A DNA stretch of 28,722 nt from a virus (lineage: Duplodnaviria; Caudoviricetes): IMG/VR virus record IMGVR_UViG_3300030397_000424, positions 1 through 28,722 of that record; one strand, 5' to 3'. This document shows positions 24,013 through 28,722 of this stretch, in pieces; the first letter of the stretch is position 1; each line of letters opens with the position of its first letter. A model generated the notes under the pieces. The model saw only the letters and a program-made list of their open reading frames with translations. It was not told where the DNA came from and did not search any database. The translations under genes were made by a program, and so were the position numbers.

Positions 24013-25213
24013 AGAACGAATCCAGAAGGAGATGGACGCAGCCCTGACTATGATAGGAGGCGAACATGGTAATGCAGCCTCTTCTGATCAGGTCAACAGC
24101 CCTCCTGAAAAACAAGAAATTAACCCTGAATACGAAGCAGGTACGGCTGTCTACCGAAGCAAGGACTTCGAAGTTAGCGGAGTCTATGGCAAGTCGGGCG
24201 TACCTATCCACCCTGTTCACAGCGTGATGGATGGTAGCAAAATCAAACGCCTGATGGACTGCCCTCGATCCTTCTTCTTCGAGCATATTCTCGGCTGGCA
24301 AACCGAGGAAACAAACATCCACCTCATTTTTGGTAGCGCTATTCACGCCGCCCTAGAAGTGATGTACACCCTAGGTGAATGGCATGAGGGCACGGCACTC
24401 GTCAAGGCTATGGAGGCTTTCACCAAGGTCTACACTGAGGAAACTTCCAAGGATGAATTCTTCGAGCCGTCCGAAGTGAAGAACCCTGATCAGGCCATGC
24501 GCCTGTTGATCTCATACGCAGCTACTTATGCAGCTGACATGAACAAATACGAAACCCTCTACACTGAGGTTGGAGGCGTCGTACCTATCACGGAAGACCA
24601 TAGCCGCCTTATCGCCTTCAACATTGATCAGGTCTTCAAACACCTCACTGGCCCTAAAGCAGGCAAGATAGGCTACAAGGAATACAAGACCACAGGCCGT
24701 AACACCGCAGCTTGGCGTGATGCCTGGAGCTACGCATTCCAGCCCGGTACCTATTTCTATGCCCTAGCCGCTCATTATGGCCTCGAAAACGTAGGCGATT
24801 GTTTCGTAGACGGGCTCGTTGTCCGCAAGCCTACCAAGAACAACCAGAACAATTTCGACTTCGAGCGTTTCCCTATTCAGAAGTCAGGCCCACAGATCAG
24901 CGCTTGGATCAGCGACGCTAACTACTGGTGGGATTTCCTCGATTGGAATCTCCAGCTTCTCTGCGAGACAGACCCTGATGATCCTGTCATGTCTGCCTTC
25001 CCGGTGAACAGCGCCTCCACTGCTAAGTTCGGCAGCAAGCACGCACCCTACCTCAATAAAGCTAACCCCCTACGTGACATTGGGATAGAGCCACCTATAG
25101 GCTATCATCGTGCCTTCTGGGATCCTACGCAGCGAGAAGTCGTTAAACATAAGCTTGACCTTACACAACCCGACTCAGCTATTGTGCCGGTCGAGCAAAA
25201 GGAGGAATTGTAA
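24002..25213 (+). CDS. PD-(D/E)XK (RecB/Cas4-like) exonuclease
   Basis: DGSKIKRLMDCPRSFFF, FGSAIHAALE, E...NID...KEYKT and Q...Y motifs. Confidence 0.85.
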   Translation: MTFEERIQKEMDAALTMIGGEHGNAASSDQVNSPPEKQEINPEYEAGTAVYRSKDFEVSGVYGKSGVPIHPVHSVMDGSKIKRLMDCPRSFFFEHILGWQTEETNIHLIFGSAIHAALEVMYTLGEWHEGTALVKAMEAFTKVYTEETSKDEFFEPSEVKNPDQAMRLLISYAATYAADMNKYETLYTEVGGVVPITEDHSRLIAFNIDQVFKHLTGPKAGKIGYKEYKTTGRNTAAWRDAWSYAFQPGTYFYALAAHYGLENVGDCFVDGLVVRKPTKNNQNNFDFERFPIQKSGPQISAWISDANYWWDFLDWNLQLLCETDPDDPVMSAFPVNSASTAKFGSKHAPYLNKANPLRDIGIEPPIGYHRAFWDPTQREVVKHKLDLTQPDSAIVPVEQKEEL

Positions 25214-25216
25214 CCT

Positions 25217-25792
25217 ATGGTATATCGAGATCAAATAGAGCAGGCTGCACACAAACGCAACGCCGCAGGTATGGAAGCTCTCACTCTCCTCGGTGAGGCA
25301 GTAGCTAACGAAAGCATAACACCAGAGGAATTAGCAAGATGGGTAGGTAAGATCGGAGCTGCAATCGGTGGCCTCACAGGTATGATTGATGCAATCGTCC
25401 TGCAGCACTACCCCGAACGCCCTGTCAATCTAACCCCTGAACCTGTAGCAGACGCCACCTTATACCCTCTCGAGGTACTGGCTCGTGCAGTCTGTCAGGT
25501 CTATCGGATCTCGATTGCCGATCTCATTGGCCCCTCAAGGAAACAGAACGTTGTCCGCCCTCGTCATGTGTTCTTCTATATTGCCCGTCTCCAAGGAAGT
25601 GCTACCTTAAAAGACGTAGGACACTATTGCGGAGGGCGTGACCACAGCTCTGTCATCCACGGTGCCTCTCAGGTAGAGAATGCCCTGTCGATTGAGAATG
25701 ATCTCCCACAGATTATCCAAACGATAAGGGCTTCTTTACCACCTCGATTCCCCCAAGCCGACAACAACGAGGACGAACTCCCTGAAGAGTAA
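25217..25792 (+). CDS. DnaA C-terminal (domain IV) DNA-binding domain protein
   Basis: DLIGPSRKQNVVRPRHVFFYIAR...TLKDVGHYCGGRDHSSVIHG matches the DnaA signature; no AAA+ domain. Confidence 0.85.
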   Translation: MVYRDQIEQAAHKRNAAGMEALTLLGEAVANESITPEELARWVGKIGAAIGGLTGMIDAIVLQHYPERPVNLTPEPVADATLYPLEVLARAVCQVYRISIADLIGPSRKQNVVRPRHVFFYIARLQGSATLKDVGHYCGGRDHSSVIHGASQVENALSIENDLPQIIQTIRASLPPRFPQADNNEDELPEE

Positions 25793-25911
25793 ATCCCTTT
25801 AATATAGATCGGTTGACTCCCTCAGACGTACAACATCGGCGGTGCTCACAGACTCGCGACCTGCTAAGGGAGCTAATCACTAAAACCCTAACCAATAAGG
25901 TAAATAAACCT

Positions 25912-26367
25912 ATGCCTACAATCGTAGCTCACAAACCATTCATCGACATCTTGACCTCCTTCATGCGAAGAGGTACTCACCCAGGCGAGTTCATTATATC
26001 CCTGATCACTCGCGCCTCGATTACTGAGGTCGCTCTTAAGGCTGACAACTTGAACGCCGAGCGCCTATGGCATTGCGCGGCTATCGTCTATGAGTATGTC
26101 CCTCAGTCTCTTCGAACACCGAAAGCTTACAGCCGACACATGGAGGTGATGCGGCAGGGGAATCTTAACTTCGATAGCCTTGGGGATGACGACAAAGCCT
26201 ACTACAACTATATGAAGGATTGGGATATCCCTAACTACGTCCCCATCAAGGAGTATACACAACCTCAGGCGGGCCGTCCAAACCTCCATAACTATGATCC
26301 ACAGTCCGAGGACACTTTAAGCAATAAAGTTCCTGAGTCGGATGAAGAGAAAGAAGGTGAGGGATGA
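25912..26367 (+). CDS. Hypothetical phage protein (151 aa)
   Basis: TAAGG RBS and ATG at 25912; the G..PGEF...AD..N...L pattern is seen in phage hypotheticals. Confidence 0.65.
   Translation: MPTIVAHKPFIDILTSFMRRGTHPGEFIISLITRASITEVALKADNLNAERLWHCAAIVYEYVPQSLRTPKAYSRHMEVMRQGNLNFDSLGDDDKAYYNYMKDWDIPNYVPIKEYTQPQAGRPNLHNYDPQSEDTLSNKVPESDEEKEGEG
26315..26334 (+). promoter_or_regulatory. Palindromic box variant CTTTAAGCAATAAAG-TTCCT
   Basis: 18/20 match to the 19123 copy, inside the 3' end of a CDS and about 30 nt before the next ATG. Confidence 0.55.
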
Positions 26368-26600
26368 AGCTAAAATTAACACCTCTAGCTCGAAACATAG
26401 AGCACTTCTCTCTAGCTCTATATGGGTATGACAACCAAAAGCAGCCGTTAAACCCTGTTATTCGCCTTCATCATCCCAACCAAGAGGTTGAGTGGTTTGA
26501 GAAGAAGGGTGAAGTTTACTCTCGTATAGGAGATCCAATGAAAATCATTGCCCTCAATAATACATATGAGGACATGCAACCAAAGGCCAGAGTTAAATGA
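26364..26600 (+). CDS. Hypothetical protein (78 aa)
   Basis: ATGA overlaps at both ends. Confidence 0.65.
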   Translation: MKLKLTPLARNIEHFSLALYGYDNQKQPLNPVIRLHHPNQEVEWFEKKGEVYSRIGDPMKIIALNNTYEDMQPKARVK

Positions 26601-27445
26601 GTGAAAATCCTAAGCAAAAACTAAAGGGTGTCCCTGACTTCAAGAGCACAGTCGCTAAGTTTCAGGAAGATCGCACCCGACGAGGTTTCAACGGCCTCTT
26701 CCTTGGTGAGCCAGGGGACGGTAAGACCTGGGGCCTCCGGTACGCACCCAAGCCAGTCTGGATTGATGTCTTCGACCCCGACGGAGCCGAGTCCTTGTCC
26801 GATGTGATAGGAGAAGAGCACGGAATCTTCGCTGACACCCGTTGGCAGGACGACACTTGGAAAGATCCGAAGGTTTTCCTCCAGTGGTCTGAAGAGATGA
26901 AGCGGAGGATGAAGCCTAACGAGGACGGTACCAACTGGTTCGACCATATCGGCACCTATGTCTTAGACTCCTCAACCATGTGGCTTGAGTACATCGCCTA
27001 TCACGTCATGAAGAAGGCTGGTATCCCAGGCGGTGATCCGCAGGAGCTTTCCAAGTCCGACTCCTACAAGCGAGGCTGGGGCCCTATCAAGAAGTCCATC
27101 AAGAAGGGTATCAACGACATCATAGGACAGAACTGCAACTTCATCCTTACAGGCCACCTAAAGCCTGTCAAGAACAAGGACGGAGAGATCACCAAGTACG
27201 AGTACAGGACAGTCGGTGACCTCCAGCAGTTCATCCCTGCACAGTTCATGGAGATCTGGATTATCGAAGGGAAGAAGGACGGTATGAAAGGTATCAAGTC
27301 CGAGGCGATTCTCCAGTCTGCCGGTGTCAAGAAGGCGCGAAGTCGCCTAGCCACAGGTGGCAAGCTAAATGCTCGTGAGCCCTACAACATCAAGGACATC
27401 TTGACGAAAGCTAAGTTCCCCCTCAACGAAAAACCCTGGAAGTAA
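26597..27445 (+). CDS. Sak4-like / AAA_24 P-loop ATPase (single-strand annealing recombinase)
   Basis: Walker A GEPGDGKT, TYVLDSST Walker B and NFILTGH, near an exonuclease and an SSB. Confidence 0.8.
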   Translation: MSENPKQKLKGVPDFKSTVAKFQEDRTRRGFNGLFLGEPGDGKTWGLRYAPKPVWIDVFDPDGAESLSDVIGEEHGIFADTRWQDDTWKDPKVFLQWSEEMKRRMKPNEDGTNWFDHIGTYVLDSSTMWLEYIAYHVMKKAGIPGGDPQELSKSDSYKRGWGPIKKSIKKGINDIIGQNCNFILTGHLKPVKNKDGEITKYEYRTVGDLQQFIPAQFMEIWIIEGKKDGMKGIKSEAILQSAGVKKARSRLATGGKLNAREPYNIKDILTKAKFPLNEKPWK

Positions 27446-27446
27446 T

Positions 27447-27803
27447 ATGATAACCTTAGGCCGACCAGATCACTACGGCAAGGTGAAGCTTACCTTCGCT
27501 TTAACCGAGGATCGGTACACAAACGAGGACATCCATTTCGTCCTGGAATACCAAGACAAGGATGACTCCCCTAATCCCAACAAGGTCACTGTCCGAGGAA
27601 CTGTATCTAAACAAGGCGGTGCTCCTGAGATCACGTCGGTACGGTTCGGACAGGAAGATACCCCCTACAAATTCACACAGGACATGAACAAATGGCTGGA
27701 GATCTGGCGTCAGGAAATTGACTCCTTCTTCGCCATGTCTATCTTTGGTCGCAGCAAATGGACTGAAGAGAATGCTCCACAATTAAAACAGAAACAAACA
27801 TGA
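27447..27803 (+). CDS. Hypothetical protein (118 aa)
   Basis: Abuts the upstream stop, with an ATGA overlap downstream. Confidence 0.65.
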   Translation: MITLGRPDHYGKVKLTFALTEDRYTNEDIHFVLEYQDKDDSPNPNKVTVRGTVSKQGGAPEITSVRFGQEDTPYKFTQDMNKWLEIWRQEIDSFFAMSIFGRSKWTEENAPQLKQKQT

Positions 27804-28117
27804 ACGAGTATAGACAAACGCCCGACCTGCCTGGAGAGGTTCAAGAATTAGACCCTCCCCTTAAGCAATCTCCCTTAGACTCCGACAATCCTTGGATCCA
27901 TATCTGGCTACCCGAGGATGAAAAGATGGGAGAGGTCTCCCGCGCAGGTGCAGCTAGCCTAGCCGGTTATAAGTATTTCCTAGGCCACAACGGAATGATC
28001 TGTATGATCACCTCCCTAAATGGCAGCCCGATCTCTTGGATAGGAATTATGAAAGTCAGCTGGCTGAAAGATCCCGAACCGATCCCGTTCGACAACACGG
28101 AAACTCAGGACGATTAG
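27800..28117 (+). CDS. Hypothetical protein (105 aa)
   Basis: ATGA overlap with the upstream gene. Confidence 0.6.
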   Translation: MNEYRQTPDLPGEVQELDPPLKQSPLDSDNPWIHIWLPEDEKMGEVSRAGAASLAGYKYFLGHNGMICMITSLNGSPISWIGIMKVSWLKDPEPIPFDNTETQDD

Positions 28118-28216
28118 TCCTTTGTACCACCTTTCTTCGAGAGGGTGGAAACCGAATGCACAATATTGTGTATAAATAATCCAAGCAACATAACTAAACC
28201 GTAAGAGGAAAACCTC

Positions 28217-28645
28217 ATGGCAGAATTTGCCGATTTCATGGATGGTATCACCGATGCTATCGACGAAGAAATTCAGGACGCTGTAATCCTTGAAGAAGGA
28301 GAGCATGAACTCAAGCTTGTCTCTATCAAATTCCGCGCGAAGGAAGAAGATGAGGACAATCCGAACCCACGTTACAATGTAGGCTTCGAGCCCGTACAGA
28401 ATCCCGACGCCGAGCTCGTTTGGTATACATTGTGGCTACCGCACAGTACCCAGGATGGTCGTAAGCGCCGCCGCGCTAACCGTGACCTTAAGAATTTTGC
28501 TGAAGCTCTCGGCCTTGGCTGGCCAATCAATCTTCCGCTCGAAGAAGAAGACCTCAAAGAACTCACTGTCTATGCCTCGGTCGGTACCGAGACTTACGAA
28601 GGCGAAGTTCGCAACAACATCAAAGCCTGGGTTAAGGCTGCGTAA
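28217..28645 (+). CDS. DUF669-like single-stranded DNA-binding protein
   Basis: LEEGEHELKLVSI...LKNFAEALG...VGTETYEGEVRNNIK pattern, GAGG RBS, the typical Sak4 partner. Confidence 0.7.
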   Translation: MAEFADFMDGITDAIDEEIQDAVILEEGEHELKLVSIKFRAKEEDEDNPNPRYNVGFEPVQNPDAELVWYTLWLPHSTQDGRKRRRANRDLKNFAEALGLGWPINLPLEEEDLKELTVYASVGTETYEGEVRNNIKAWVKAA

Positions 28646-28722
28646 GACGCTGACCCGTCTTCCTCTGGATAAACATCGTAGGATGGAAGCTGTAAAGCAC
28701 GCCCCAATGGATCGTGACTGGG

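Noticed and set aside
7741-24985. Other CTGATGA words (e.g. 7741, 11160, 11191, 15954, 24975)
   Set aside because: They lie within coding regions and I saw no matching GAAA/stem architecture; chance matches.
24002-25213. CRISPR-associated Cas4
   Set aside because: There is no array or other cas gene, the C-terminal cysteine cluster is missing, and the context with a Sak4-like ATPase and SSB fits a phage recombination exonuclease.

Overview
This window is a fragment of a tailed dsDNA bacteriophage genome with podovirus-type organisation and two divergent arms. The left arm (1-16767, minus strand) is the virion morphogenesis module. It carries a putative small terminase, large terminase, portal, scaffold, SU10-type major capsid, adaptor, tail nozzle, a GNAT-like protein and a truncated ejection protein that the ORF track misses, plus a small Acb2/Tad1-like ORF. 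The right arm (17652-28645, plus strand) holds early and replication genes behind four sigma70-type promoters: many small ORFs, a nucleotidyltransferase, a PD-(D/E)XK nuclease, a DnaA domain IV protein, a Sak4-like ATPase and a DUF669-like SSB. The most striking signal is non-coding and lies in the first early operon, where each short ORF is followed by a candidate RNA-processing element. These are two complete pseudoknotted type II hammerhead ribozymes (17868-17932, 18193-18257) and then two tRNA-like acceptor/T-arm minihelices (18797-18846, 19148-19190). A 15-bp palindrome CTTTATTCAATAAAG, often followed by TTCCT, recurs 6-7 times on both arms. There is also an origin-like inverted iteron/AT-rich element (19581-19808) and a repeat-rich divergence region (17196-17579). 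All protein family calls come from motif recognition by eye, not database searches.
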